Source: Stylophora pistillata (taxonomy: Eukaryota). From it: 64,000 nt of DNA. The notes under the pieces are model-generated. The model saw only the letters and a program-made list of their open reading frames with translations, searched no databases and was not told the DNA's origin. Below are positions 24,201-39,200 of this stretch, piece by piece. A program made the translations under genes and the position numbers. Within the stretch, counting starts at the first letter, position 1. Each line of letters opens with the position of its first letter. Location of the stretch: NCBI RefSeq assembly GCF_002571385.2, contig NW_019217867.1, forward strand, positions 465,108-529,107, read 5' to 3'.

Positions 24201-27200
24201 CTAATGTCGTTTTTCAGATCTGATTTTCGCTATTGCATAAATAGCGCTCTCTACTGCGAGGATCGTGCATTATACGTAATCTCTAATAAACATCAGAATC
24301 TCAAATTTTCTTTTAAAAATAATATTTCCATCTAGTATAATTTCAGAGCTGAGCAAAGAGTTTCCAGCACTCTGATTGGTCGAGCGGTTCCTTATATGTC
24401 GCTATATAAACCGCCCCACGCGGTTTATATAAAATGTTAAAATAAAATGTTAATAAATGTTACTAAAATGTTATGATTTTAGAAATTTCTCTGTTGTTCA
24501 GCTCTGAAATTATACTAAAACAATTATTCGCCTCAGGTTCGGTGAATATTGTCGAATAATACCCGAGACGAAGTCTCGGGGACTATTCGACAATATTCAC
24601 CGAACCTGAGGCGAATAATTGTTAATTAAAACAGTTGTTGGCCATAGTTACCTTTATAGTCGTGTGAATTAAGTAGCGAGGCCAAACAAATCCACTTCCT
24701 CCCCTTCCACCCGGTGTTCGTCACTAGTTCTCCAGTAGCAGCGTCGCGGACCTCAACCAAAGGCTGCTGGCCAAAAGGAACGGTTTCGTTGGAATCACCT
24801 GGGTGTCTTACTAGCGCAAAATATAATACTCTCTCTTTGACTTCAAAGGGTGTTGACGCAGATGTGAAGTTAGCTTCAGAAGGAAGGGATACTCTGTATT
24901 CCAGGACGTAGTCTGTGCCGTTGTGGCTAATGTTAAGGTTAGTAAAGTTTGCCCAGCCATCATAGCAGGGTACAGTCGTATTTCCACCCAACAAGGCACC
25001 AGGGTCCCCAGTGCCATTCTTGATTGACGCAGTTACATACCTGAAAATATTCAGAACAAAAGTTCATTAATCTCATGTAATTAAGGTATCTTAAGTTGTT
25101 CCCCACCCTCCAACTCGTCAGTGGTATCAGTTCAGACATATCCCAGTAATAGCCATTTTTTTCTCAGTAAAAATGCATTAATTATTACAAAAATCCCCCC
25201 CCCCCTCCTGTTCCTCACTAAATGTTAGACAAGAGAAGATACAGCTTATGTTGTAAAGAAGAGACAACGTTTTTACCGTTGAGGACTAAAGTTTTAATGA
25301 CCTGATTTCTACATACACAAGCACAGTAGTGATACACAAAGATGAATAAATAATCTATATGTATTACACAGCAAACACAAAAGACGAATGTGAAACTATT
25401 TAAATTCAGATTATGCGGATGTCATTAAGATAGCTCGCGGCATGTCATTAAGATAGTTCTTATTATCTCAATCGCACGGAGTATTCATGGTATATAACAG
25501 TTTATATTCTCTTGATGCTAGAGCACACAGCCTCAGTTTTTCAAGGGGACAGGGGGGTGCCATTAATTTTGGGGTGAAACAATATAAGGAGAAGTCTTTG
25601 AAATTAGCATAGAAAATCATTAAAAGTATTCTTTGATTATGTGTCGAAAGTGAGTTGTCTACTACAAAATGCTTTGAAATTCTTACCATTGTTCACGGTC
25701 ACTATGTCCCAGCATGGTTACGGTGCGGTTGAGTTTATCAACCATCACCAGCTTGGGTTGAATTTGAAAAGGAACAGTTTCGTTTGCACCACGAGGTTGT
25801 TGTACTATAACAAGTCGAAGAGGTATCAGGTAATCATGCGCCAGACTGGACTTGTTGCCTTCTTTCATCATTTCGACTTGATCAAACCGCCATGTTCCAT
25901 TCTTTGGTCCGGCTGATAGAGAAGGTACGAGTTAAATCATTAAACTTTTTTTTGTTATTGTTGTTGAGGTTTTTTCATCTTTTATTTATTTTTAGCTATT
26001 TATTTATTTCTTTTGTACGGAGGACCTATTGCTGTTGCAGTGCTCCAGATCTCCCTAAAAGCCCATTGAATATTACCTACCATCTTCGGGTGTCGCTCGT
26101 TTCCATCCTTCCGGCAGTTTTCGTGGAGGCTCGGGATCTGTCACCTTAATCGATAAAATGTCCAAATCAAGGGAGGAAGCCATGTGCCCTGTTTGTGCTG
26201 CCTCCACAATTTTGGAAGCTATGGACTGGAGACCAATGTACTGACCAATGGGGCTCTTCGAAGGTGAGGCTGTGGTTGTCGCGGTAACAAAAGGAGGACT
26301 AGTAAACCTGTACAGAAAAAGAAAGGGCAAAGAATTATATGATAGTTATTTGGTATTTAAATAATACTGAGGTTGGTGCGCAAGAGACTTACGTGGAATT
26401 TCCAGGGGAAAATGTTTCCTCAGGTGTGTAAGAAATGTGACGTTCTGGCGGGTCGCCTATTTCGATTGTGACTGTCATCACCTCATCATCCGAAGCTCTT
26501 CGTCGTCTCCGGTTTTTCCCGGCGGCATTTACGATCTCGACCACGCGAATGCGAGATTCGTCGATATTAAGGAGTGAAGCCAGATTCTGAATTAAATTTT
26601 TTTCGAAGAAGTCATTAAAATGGACAGGCCTGCTTCCTAGAAAATACAAACAAAAAAGTAATGGATAAATTAGAATTTTGAGATCTATACATAGTATTCC
26701 TTGAATAGTCGATAAGTACAATGCTATCGTTATCCTTACATAGATACCTCAGCCCTTCATTTATTGCGGAAAATTCGGATAATAGGATTTACACAAAAGT
26801 AATTTCAACTGTTGTGACATGATATCCACGTTCACCTACAATAACTTAGATGCTCACCGAGCTTAACTTGTACAACTGGAGCAGTTCTTATGTCCAAAGG
26901 GACATTTCCTTTGACGAACACATAAAGCAGTTGGCTTTCTCGATCGTAGTAGTTGGCCCCACTGATGCTATTTAATGTCGGCTCAAACTGGCCATCCGGG
27001 AGCTTAGGATCTTTCTTTTTGTAGCTGAAGTTTTTCTCGTCGAGTTTTGCGTTAGTTGGGAATATGAAGGCGCCTGTGCGATATACGTCCAACCGCTGAG
27101 ATGTGGTGTACCTAATAGCAACTCGAAGAGCTTGGGAGCTGTTGGCGTTTAGCAACATTAGGCGAAGGCTTTGCGGATTAGTGCCTGAGAAATATAAGAA

Positions 27201-30200
27201 ATTAATGCACCGAGAAATATAAAATGTCTTTCTTTACCGGAATTAAAAACCTGCGTTTAAAGAAAGTAGGAAGAAAATGAGAAAAATATTACAAAACATT
27301 TTATCAGACCATAGCGTGAACAAAGTGGACGATAGTGGGATAAAAATTCTCATTTGGAAATTCGAAAACAAACCAAAAAATTTCCTCCTTTAAACGAATG
27401 TGTCTTGCGAAGATCAGTCCTCGTAATTCAAGACAAAAAAAGATCACGATAAAGTGTTTTCGTTTATTGAAGGAGTTTCTTACCAGTGAAATAAATGGTA
27501 TAGCTTTGTTGTGTTGCCACGATTGAGAAAAATGTCGATATTCTCTCCATGCACGCGTATCCAAAGCAACAACCATGATCCATGGGTCCGTTAAGCAAAT
27601 CTGTGTATCCATTGGACGATAAGGCAACTGGAGACAGCCTGCGAAGCTCTGTGTCAGCGTCCAAGCTCTCGATTATGAACATGTGATAGTCTAGGTAGAC
27701 GGTAGAAATAAAAAAAGAATTTTATTTCATAATTTCGCCTTTGTTGCAATTTTCCGATGAACAAAACAATTTACGTTTTTAATTCTCACCCAGCTTGCTG
27801 CATTTGTATCCATTCCATGCAGCATTCCATGAACAAAAACTCTGCGCACGCGTTCCTCGTACAATCCCATGATGCGGTGCCACAACAGATGCGTTCAACT
27901 GCGAACCGTCTGGTGACGTAAGTAAGGCTCGAGGCATGCGGTAATCCCCTGAAATCGAATGTGTTATTCACTGTTTTTTTTGTTTCTCAAGGCAAAAATT
28001 GGTATAACCAAAAAACTACACTTTACATGATACAAGTTTTGGATTAGTTAAGTAACTGGAATTAAGTTTTCTTAATCAATTTGCCAAATTCACTTTGTTT
28101 CTAACAGTGGTAACTAACAAAAAAAAAACGCAAAACGCAAAACGCTGTATTACCCAGTCCTCTTCGCGAGTCCCCATTCCACTCGTATTCAGCCTTGGAA
28201 ATGACACTTCCGCCGGAAGTACCAGTGAGAGTTCCGTCAAGATCCTTAAGCAAAACATGCTTAGCTCCATCACAATCCATATCAATACAGTCAGATGGGT
28301 TTATCCAGGCGATATTTGATGGTGGTATATAAATTAACTTATCATAATCAACATTATGTAAGGAAATGCCGCGTATTTCGACTGGATGGAATGCATCTGG
28401 GGACTTTGGATTGGTTGTGAATACCACACTGTCATGTCCACACTTGGTTCCAAAATAGGCAAATCCAACGTCAGTTAGTCTTACAACTCCCGGTATTGCT
28501 GGATAAGCGTTAATGCCGTGCCAGGCTTTCTCAGGAGCCAGGCCGGGTCCCGATGCAAACGTTGAGAGCATGAAAGCTGTGTTACCGCCCCCTTTGTAAC
28601 GCGGCGCGCGGACTTGGTCGGTGATATGAGAGTTTCGAGGCGCTACCAAGTCACTCGCACACTGAAAGCTTGGACTGGTGCCAACTAGTAGAACTCGATC
28701 AAGATGAACAAACTTGTTAGCGGTTACGTGGGAAAGCGCAGGTGGTCTCCAAACATTTAGCAGGATTCCTGGAAATGGAAATATCAATCTAATGGAATTT
28801 TAACAAAAATGCAAATGTTACGTGAAAATAATTTACTGATTGCATCGTATCATGAGTGGTACCATGAAATAAAAAGTCAAATGCAGATTGATTCGATTTC
28901 AGGCAAATGTTTGAAAACAACTCAGTAATTTCTTTCAAATTGACCTTCCTAAATAAAACTTGCCTCAGGTCAGTTTTTATTTCATAAGTATTGACTCTTT
29001 AGCTCTACCAGAATTGCCCTAAAAAAGAAGTTTGCGAGTGACCGTCTGTTATGCAACCATGTAAAAAAAAAAAGGTTTGAGATAAGAGCAGTAATATCTA
29101 ACCTGTTAAAAAAAAAAAACTTTATGTTAACAAGTTCGTTACCGATATTATTATCCACTACGACTGTATCCTGTAAAATAACTCGAGATGTTGGGAAACC
29201 AAACACGCCAAAATCCCAGCTTTTCCAAACGACAAAATTAGCAATCTTAAGACAATCAGGCAGACCGTCAGAATAGCCAATATGTATCCCGTGGAGGGCA
29301 GTGTGGGCAGTGTTACCCTTCCAGCCTCCATCAGGGCTGTCACCATAGCAGGTCTCCCCCCGGATGTGGAACCCAATCCTTTCACTCCCCGCTGCGGCGT
29401 TGTCTCGGAGAACGATGGAAGAGGCTTTGCTGATGTCAAATGACGCGTGCCAGAGTTTATTGTTAACTTCATGTCTCCCTTTGTAAGTTGCTGCAATGCA
29501 GAAGAAATCCACGTCACATGAATAAAGAGTTCGATACAAATTGCGGTGTCTCACTAATCAAATCTAACCAGTTTTCACTTTCGAAAACTTTACCAGTCAA
29601 TTACTGGATATTCGAGAACTTTCAAGAACATTCCTAGACTTTTGTAAATACGGTTGTAGCAGCTAGATCTTTACAAGTGCAGCGAATAACTTTTCATAGT
29701 TGAGAGGCAATGGAGGTTGTGTTAAGGTGAACTTCACCGGATCGTCGAAAATGGGTATTATACAAAATCCATAGTTTGAACGTAAGAAAATAATGGTTAC
29801 TCTCGCAATATTGTATCATATTAACTCAAGTTTCGATCTTTTTTTCTCTCTATGCTTATTTAGTATAATTTCAGAGCTGAGCAAAGAGTTTCCAGCTATC
29901 TGATTGGTCGAGCGGTTTCTTATATGACGCTATATAAACCGCTTTACGCGGTTTATATAAAATGTTAAAATAAAATGTTAATAAATGTTCCTAAAATGTT
30001 ATGATTTTAGAAATTTCTCTGTTGTTCAGCTCTGAAATTATACTATAAAAATTATATCGCCTCAGGTTCGGTGAATATTGTCGAATAGCCCCCTCGACTT
30101 CGTCTCGGAGATTATTCGACGATATTCATCTCGCCTTCGGCGAATAATTATTAAATGTTAACTACTTAGCCTGTGATTCAAATTAATCTGTTTCTCGATC

Positions 30201-33200
30201 TACCTGGTGAAACGCTCAACACCGCCAAGTTACGAAGAACTTTATTATTTGTTCCCCAGACTCTCACGGATGAGCCTACTGTGTGATGAATTACGTTATC
30301 GACGACAATTAACTCGTGTGTTCCAAATACACCAATGGCGGTGTTGAAGCCATCATGGAATGAATTACCCCGGATGTAGGATGACTTCAGATTGCCAACA
30401 TCCAGGAACGCCAGACAATATCTACAATTGGAAGCAAAATGCATTTTTTGTTGTCGTATGGTAATGATATACATGTACGAGCAGCGTTTAAAGTAGATTT
30501 TTACGTTATGTCTCGCTGCACGGAAAGTATATTACGCACAACATTTCCCGTTTTTCCTACCATCTTAAAACCTTGCAGCACATTGAGGAAAAATCGGTTC
30601 TTAAAACATCACCTTTGTGTATAAGATTCGCATTCGTATCTAACAATCGCGGTTTCCATTCAGTTACCTTGGATCAAAATAGTCACTCCATCCTTCCTGA
30701 CCACAATGATGAAATTCCACATTCTCCATACGAAATCTCCTGTTAGATGAAACCATGCCATTAAACGAGCCAATCAACACGCGACTACCGAAAGACTGTT
30801 TCTCAAGAACGTGGCCAGCGTCATCAGCGCCCTTGATCACAATGTTTCTTGTCAGTAGACCCACTTCAGCGGCTAGAGAATAGTTCCAAGTACCCGTGCG
30901 GTACGATTCAGCGAGGTGTCTGTATTTAAGGGTGTTGTTCAGCTGAAGGGTCTTCCGATCAGGAAAGACGTAAACTGGAGAAGGAAAGGAAACCTTAATT
31001 ATTTACTGGAATTAAAATTCGAGGGTCATTCTATAATTGCACGAGATGTTTAAGTCTTCATTCTAGATTTTCTCGCAGATGCAAAAGAGATCACTTATTC
31101 TCCATCTTGAACTGTGGAGACGGATTGAAAATAGATCTGTTATAAAAGTTGAGATAAACTAAAGTGTCAAATTTTCATTCATAGCTCTTCCTCTTCCACT
31201 CTTTAGGAGCCCTAAACCATTATCTGAATGCGATGTAATGTGGAGATATAGGCCGAGTACTTCGGTTTATTAGGACGATAATGTTTACCGTTACGAAACG
31301 AAATGTTGTGTCGTATGATAAGAGTAACAGCACAAGAAAGGGATAAAGTCGACAAACCGGCACTTAATTTTTCCACAGAATTTCCCAATTTTTAGATCTG
31401 AAGCAATAAACACAGTTGGTTTACCTATGGTATGGATTTCTGTGTCGTAAGGTTCATAGGAGGTTGGTGCAATCACAATCTTTTCCCCTGGATTCCAGTC
31501 CACTTCCTCTTGTAAAGAAATAATGCTACTTCCTGGGTCAGCAGTTTTACTCAGTCGCGTCCAGTACACTGTTCTATTCAGACCGTGCATTTCCAGATTC
31601 CCAAAAATAGCTCGGTGAGAGGAGGGTATCAAAAATTAGTTTAAGAGTAACTTGAAGTAAGAATTTACTCCTTTGATTTATTATATATTGGCGGCAGGAT
31701 TTCATGGCATGGGAAACTAAACGAATGTAGTATGGTTGACCGAAGTTGTAGTTTTATGTCCTCCGATGTAATTGGTTAGAGTTTAATGAAGAGTGCATCA
31801 ATCATAGCTGATGGAAACCAGCGAATTACATCGGAGTATCAAGCTTCCTAAAGCGACGTGAGGTCCGTTGACGTCATCTCCTGACTGGCAGTATATAGTT
31901 GAAACGTCGAGATCCACACTGAAACTGTGAAATTGGCGAGACAAACAATGATACTCCAGATAGTGGATAGCTAGTTCATCAACACTTACCAATGGCTTTG
32001 GAGCCGATGTTAGGACCACCTTGAATTGGAATGTCTGGAGTATCCCAATTTCCGTTTAAGTTTATAAGTACATTGCCTGTCATTGGTTGATCTTCCCAGC
32101 CAATGATAAGGTTTCCTTCTTCACCAATCACAATGTACGTTGCATTTAGAACAAAGTCCATGTAAGGTTCCAGTTCAAGGGTGCCGTATATGAAGAGTTT
32201 TCTCATGTCGGGAATTTCGGTATCCGCTACCATCCACCAGTCTAAATCAGACCGAAATTAACAATGAGAAGATGTATATATTTACCTATTTCGATAATAA
32301 GGTCACTTTCAGTGAGAATCATGTCGCTTACGTTTTTGTATGATGACGTCTTCACCATCTTGTGGAAGCTGTTTGTTGTAGCCTCCGTGTCCAGGAATTG
32401 TCCCATACCAGGCTTCCGGGTCTGACCATCGCAGATATTCAAGGGGACGTTTCTCAGGGGGTGGGGGTGGAATGGGTTTGACACAGTTCTTGAAAAAGCA
32501 GCGGTAAACCTATGAAAGTAAAGCGTTGCTTTGAAGCTTTTTTATCGCAAAAGGATCCACTGCAAATAGGAAGTAAAATCTAGATTGAGATAACTAACTA
32601 TTGTTGTTACCAAAGTTATTTTCTGTTGAATTAAATTGGCGAATGCTTAAGTCGCAAAGTTGATTACAAGTTTAAAGATCCCAAGTTAGTCTAAACGAAT
32701 AACAATCTTTGAAATGCGTTTGCTTTCGTGTTTAAGGCATGATTTAATTTCCCAGGTTAGTTTCACTACACCAGTCTCATACATGTAACTTGATTGATAA
32801 AATTCGACGTACAGTTCAAGTGAAAGGATTTTGTTTTCCTAATCAGTTTTTAGCCTTGCAAAGCGCGTCTTATTTTTCTACAAGGCTATTAAATAAATTG
32901 AACCCACCCAAAACGCTTTTTCTTCTCACATCTGAGATTCAGCGCAAAGAATCTTTATCGGAGAAGTGATTAATGATTTGTTTGTTTAATTTTTAAATTG
33001 TCGCCTAAAATCTCTAAACAATGTTACGCAAAATCCTTTTTTTTTATCTTCTTTCTTTTTATCCTTCTCGGTTTTCCTTGGTTAATCCTAATCTCGTTGA
33101 TGTCCTCAACCCAAGCAGACGATTAGTTTACTTTAAGTTTCCTTCTGTTTAATGGTAATTGTCTATAACGCCAATGCGACGCGAAATATCACGACCTTTA

Positions 33201-36200
33201 CTTTTGATAAAACATTGAACATGCACCCTAACTAATATACTCACCTGCATTTTTATGTCTAAGTCGGTGAGTCCAACTTCCAGCCTTCCTTTTCCTGACA
33301 CAATATATGTTAGTCTTTTGGTTTCATTATTGTAGAACCAGTCACCATTTGACGAATTCTCTGGAGACGGTAGACCACTAGACATGTTGATATACCTGCC
33401 AGTTGTTGAAATCATATCTGGAAGCTGTTTCATGGGGTGAGTCATCCAGACGTAGTCCTGGGCACCAAATTCGTAGAATACAGCGCTAAGATTCAGAAAT
33501 AGTAAAAAATATTCAGCGAATGAAAGTATGTGAAACATTACTTGCATGGCCTAACACACAAGGACCACATCATAGTATTTTCAGTTTCATCGTTACCTGT
33601 ACGAAATGTTGGTGAGTTGAAGAGCGTTGTCAAAACTAAAATTATAGTTTTGTCCGAGAATAATAGTTGCCATCCAACCTTGATCGTGAGTGAGCCTCAT
33701 AAACCTCCAGGGGATATGGCTTGTTCCATGTTCATTTGTTAAGAGAGCGTCACGATAGAGCAAGGAACTGGGGAATGGATTGTTCCAAGCCATACGGCGG
33801 AAACGCATGGTCGAGTCACACACACTTCCGGAAATGCCACTTACACTCGCGGAAGGAGACTGGAAACAGCGCTTTGGGGGAAGATTTGGATTTGATGGAA
33901 GAATGCTTCCACCACCAGATAAACCTGTTGTTAACAGGAAATAGTAATATGTTATACCCAATGATCCACCTTGAGTTTGCTAGCCAAAAACATCAATAAG
34001 CACTCTATCAGGCAATAGAGAATGAACTTGATCATGCAAATGAGAAATTACAAAAATGCAAACATTTGACCGTTTCTCTAAAATCTCGACAAATCTCAGT
34101 GTGTCGAATTGTTTCTGCCATGGAACATCACGTGAAATAACTGAGAATATGATTCCTTCGCATCACGGGGTGTATGAAAGCATATTATGACCAATTATTG
34201 ACAACCATGATCCCTCACTGGAGACCAAAACGATAAGACGAGTAAGAACTGTTGAAATTCATGCGAGTTGCATCAAGAGAAAATATTGGGACATCAATTT
34301 CTTTTGGTTGTACCTAGTGGCATTATTGGAAAAACTCCATAAACGCTACTTTACTCTGTTAGAATTAATAGTAGGGATAGGTTTTTAAGCGATCTATTCT
34401 AGCTATTAACCTTTTCAAACAGACACTATGAATCTGCATTGCGCTCATTTCCTTACCCGTTAATGTACCATCTAGATCTTCAAATACAGCCTCGTGTTCC
34501 CATTTAAAGGCTGCCTTATTTGGTGCACCAACAAAGCCGATTTTTTCAAATCGCGTGGTAAAACCTCCTTGCCTCGCTTCACAAAATGAGCATGCACGCA
34601 GAGCAGCGCAAGAGGGCGAATCAAAATTTACAAACGTGGTTCCAGATACAGTGAGTTGCGAAGACTGTGGAGTCACGATCCCTCCCAGAGTGCATGCACC
34701 AGGACCTTCGCTTACAGCGCTGTGTCCCACCACAAGGGAGTCTTTCACTAAAGGTCCGTTGTCACCCCAAGGAGCATTCAGATTGGTAAACTCGATTCCA
34801 GCCTCAGAATTGTCTATTACTGTGAAGTTGATTGTCTGAATGGCTCCTCCACTTGTGACCTCGAAACCTTTAAGGTTATTGTACGCAAGAAACGTGAAGA
34901 ACTTGGCTGGTTCTGATATTGAAGAATCGCACCTACCTCCACGCATCGGAAAGTATTCTTTGAAGATCCACAAACCATATCTGACAGAATGAGGTTAAAG
35001 GGATACATAGATATAAATTCTACATGACAAAAAAACACTTTTCTTCATATGTTATTTCTTATCCACTAAGCAACTAACATCCTTAATTCGTCATCTCCAG
35101 AATTCTGTTTTCTAAGAATTTGAACAATTACCGAGTTTTTGCCAAAGACATGCCAATTAAAAGTGGATTGATAGGTCCTCGAACTCATGATTTGAGGACC
35201 AGGCATACGGTGCAATTTTCAGTGAGTGCTGTAAAAATAAACTATGAGAGATGATTTCAACTCTAATAATTTAAGTGCCTATGAGCGTGTTTACTTTCCA
35301 GCTTTACTTAAATAATATGGCTAACATTACCTTCCAAACGAATGAGCAGTGTTATTCTGGAATTCCCCCAGAGGTGATTTCTTTGGACAGACAGAGGTGG
35401 TGAATGAAGGGCCCCCAGGGTGTTTGGGTAAGTTGTACCAAAAGCCATGGTGACTTCCACCAGCTGCAGCATTGTGACGAACTTGAAACAAGAGAAACGC
35501 AAATTCAACCAAATGTTTGACAAGAAAATTTTCTCAATGATTCTTTTAAACTTACCAGTATTATTAGGGTTTGTCACCCAGAATGTAGCTGGCGTGACGT
35601 CAGTTATGAGAAGTGTGCTGGAGGTCTGGACAAAGACTCCTAGGTTATATTGTATCGCATTTCCAGTTTCTATTCCATCCTCTATAAAGAAAGCGTGACC
35701 CATGACATGATAAGCAACATTATGTTCGACAAGTAATCCAGTAACGCCATGAATTGTCACGGCTCGGTTGAAGGTGTGATGGATTGAACAGCCACGGACG
35801 TATGAGCCGGAGACGTTTCCACTCAGGTGGAAATGAATAGGGTAGCGACCTGGAAGATATAAAAATTTAATTACGTTTCATATGGTACTTTACATCACCT
35901 GATTAAGTCATCAAAGCAATAGCTATGAAAGCTACTCACAAATTACGTTGCCTCACCCATTCAAAGATGATTCATAAATCGGAACAAATAGGCCTTTTAT
36001 CCTTTGCTCTCAGATCACATTTACACTTAAATAGTTAATTCCTGGTGAGGGAGACCCTGCAGAACACAAAACATCAATCCACGTGTAAGGACAACCCAAC
36101 CCCTATGAAATCTGGTTGTTCTCGTGTCGGAACCTGGCCACAGATGTTAAAGACAGAGGCTCAAATCATTGCACCAAAAGAGATGAACTAAGAAGAGCGT

Positions 36201-39200
36201 TTCCAGCCGCAAGATAACCAGACTTAACTCGTTTCCCCTGTCATCAACACTCCTAAATGTTTCAAGTGATCTAACATTGTGCACGTCGGTCCTCCCAGAC
36301 ACTCTGAACTTAATTTCAGATAAGACACTTCACCCACGACTATCGAAAGTTAAACTAACTCATACCCAGTCCAAAGGCCTGTCCAGCTTTACGGACCTCC
36401 ACATAAGATATTCTACCGGTAACCAATCCCTCACTTTGCATCCTTGCGTTAATCATAATTTGTGACCCAAATTGCTCACTTCCCATTGACTTTCCATAGC
36501 GACCCTGGTAACAAGTTTGTACTGCAAAAAGGCCTGGATCAAATCCTTCGGGACATTCCGGAATGTTTTCGGTCCATTCGTCGTTTTCTGAACCTTCAAC
36601 GATGACGTTTCGAGTCAAAAGTCCTACTTCTGCGCGTGTCTCTATTGTTCTTCCGGCTATGGTTTGAACAATAGATATGTGGTTATATTTTACAGGCGGG
36701 GTGATGCCAAGAGTACGTCCGTCAGGTGACAAGCTCGTTATGTTGAATTCTTCGTTTTCACGCTGGCTGCGACTTGTGGACGCAAGAACTATTTTGTCGC
36801 CAATCTCCCATGTCACAGAGTGCTTTAGAATCAGCTGAGTGTCACCTACAGTAATTAAAAATTAGTTTAGGACGGAGTATTTGATCATAACTCACTAGTA
36901 ATTTCCAAAAAACATTATCTAGGGGCTCTGGGTCTCGGAAAAACACTGAAAGCACGTTAGGGTCTAAAGCTCATTGCACGACGAATTTTAGTAGTAGAGG
37001 AAGAAACACATACTCATGCTCGTATAACTTATTAACCCATGCATTCGTCAAAAACTTAATGGAAGCGTATAATTGAAAGTCGCAGCAACCATACTTTCAA
37101 ATAAAATTTAATGATCTGAAATTCAATTCATTCGGCTACTGCCAAACGCCGTGTTGTCTATTTTTCTAATGTTCTTTAGAGCAGTTACAGTTTGACAAGG
37201 AATTTTTAAGGGCTTTTAATTGTTGTTTGACTGAATTGCATAAAGGTACAGTTTTCCTCGGGTTTTTCTCACAAACCTGGAACAGCTGTCTTAGCTAAGT
37301 TTGTCCACGTGATGGGCACAGCTTTCCCATGCAGATCCAAAGTTCCTTCTCTCACTGCCAAGACTTTGGTTCCAAATATGGGCAACCTCTTATTGTGCAT
37401 GTGACCATGCAGTATAATCTTAGCTTTGTGTTCAAATGGTGTGTTCTCAGTTCCGACTTGCAGTTTTCCACCGTCAGTAACTAGAATCTTTTCAGAATTT
37501 AATGTTACGTCCTTCTCATCGAAAATCAGTTCTCCTCTAATCACTAAAAAAGAGAAAACAGGAGTGTCCACATCGAGAAGCATTGTCTGTCCTTTGGGAA
37601 TAACAACACCATCTCCTTTTTCTGGTGGGTTTTTGTATCCCCATGTATAAGGCGACGACCACACGTCGATGTATTGAAAATCTGCTCGGTCCTGGGTTGC
37701 TATTCCCTTGTCGTCCACCTCCACTCTTACTTGTGTTTCTATCGTTCCTTTTCGTGGTCCTGTTGTGCAGCGGATTTCGGTTTTAGAGAAGTAGGTCATT
37801 TCGCAGGGAATTCCAGCAATGAAGACTTTATTTCCGTCTTTATTTGGACTAAATCCTATAAAGAGAGAGAAAAAGGAATGAGTTTCATGGAGTTAGGTTT
37901 TCATATTGTATGTTGTGATGATGTTTGTGATGATTGATTCTTAGGGAAACTTAACCAGAGCGATTAACTGAGATATCTACATAGTGGACTCCAAGAGCAT
38001 GGAGAAAATGGAAAAAATGTCAAATCTCACAACATGGAAGAGATTTCCGAATCACCGACAAGGCTAGCATTTAATTATTGATGATTGTTTAATGTGCAAT
38101 TTACTAAAGGTATGCACACATTTTAAAAAAAAAATGCTATGAGCCATGCTAGACTTGATGATTCAAAGGAGGAATTGTCTCATCCTCTCTTTGGTGAGGT
38201 GATTTGTCTTTTATTTTTTTTAAGGGTATTATTCTGTTAGCATTGCCAAATCACCTCCTTGTAAAGCTTTTCCACTCACCATTTCCTTTTATGGTTAGCT
38301 GGGCTCCACCACCAGTCCCACCAAGTGACGGGGTCACTGAGGTAATACGTGAGGTGAGAGATTCTCGATATGCAAACAAACCTGACTTTGATGACGACAC
38401 GTCACTGTCTCCTACCACACTTACAGAGCAGTTGATATCAGGCCTGTCTGCTTGTCTTGTATATGGTGGAACCTCGCAATAAATCTCGTTCAGCGAGCTG
38501 TTAACCATCACACAAATATTGTCGCAGATTCTCACAATAGTGGATGAATCAAACCCGTGTCCTTTGATAGACACAATCCTGCCACCTCCAAGCCCGGAAT
38601 CATTTGGCCAAATACTGTCCAAGGATATTTCATAAAAAAATTTCACTGGTTTTAAAGAAGGATAGGCAGCGAGTCCTTTGCTTTTAACGTGAAGATTAAT
38701 ATTGTAGATCCCTGCCGGACTGTTACCTAGTATGCATGTCACATGCGTTTCACTGCTGGTCTCAACACTGCAAGAGACGTTTGCAACGGTCAGCTGCACG
38801 TCAGCTGTATTTGAAGAGAAGCCGGAGCCATAAATGCTGACTGTCTTTCCTCCTTTTCCACGAGCTGGTGATACTGACTTGACATATGGAGTGATAAATG
38901 TTCGGTATGCATAACGGAGACGAGGGAAAGTGATGGAGTTTGCTGTCACTATGACCTGTAGCGTAACATTGAAATACTTTGCATGTTGAATGGAAGAAGT
39001 AAGAAATATTTTTTATTTTTTCATTTCTACTTTTCAGTACTTTTTTTATCTCTCAAGGTCAAAACATATTGTGTATGTATACATTCGTTCACTTAAAAAC
39101 TGTTGAAGGATATTAGCATACCTCATAGGATCCTGGGTCGTGGGCGGAAGTCCTACAGACAACTTCTGATGACGTCACTCGCACAACACTACAATAGTTA

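Noticed and set aside
27790-37690. CEMIP/TMEM2 hyaluronidase call for the G8/beta-helix region
   Set aside because: Two G8 units plus 14 TIG and PA14 match PKHD1L1/PKHD1 architecture. No GG domains were recognised, and enzymatic activity cannot be inferred.
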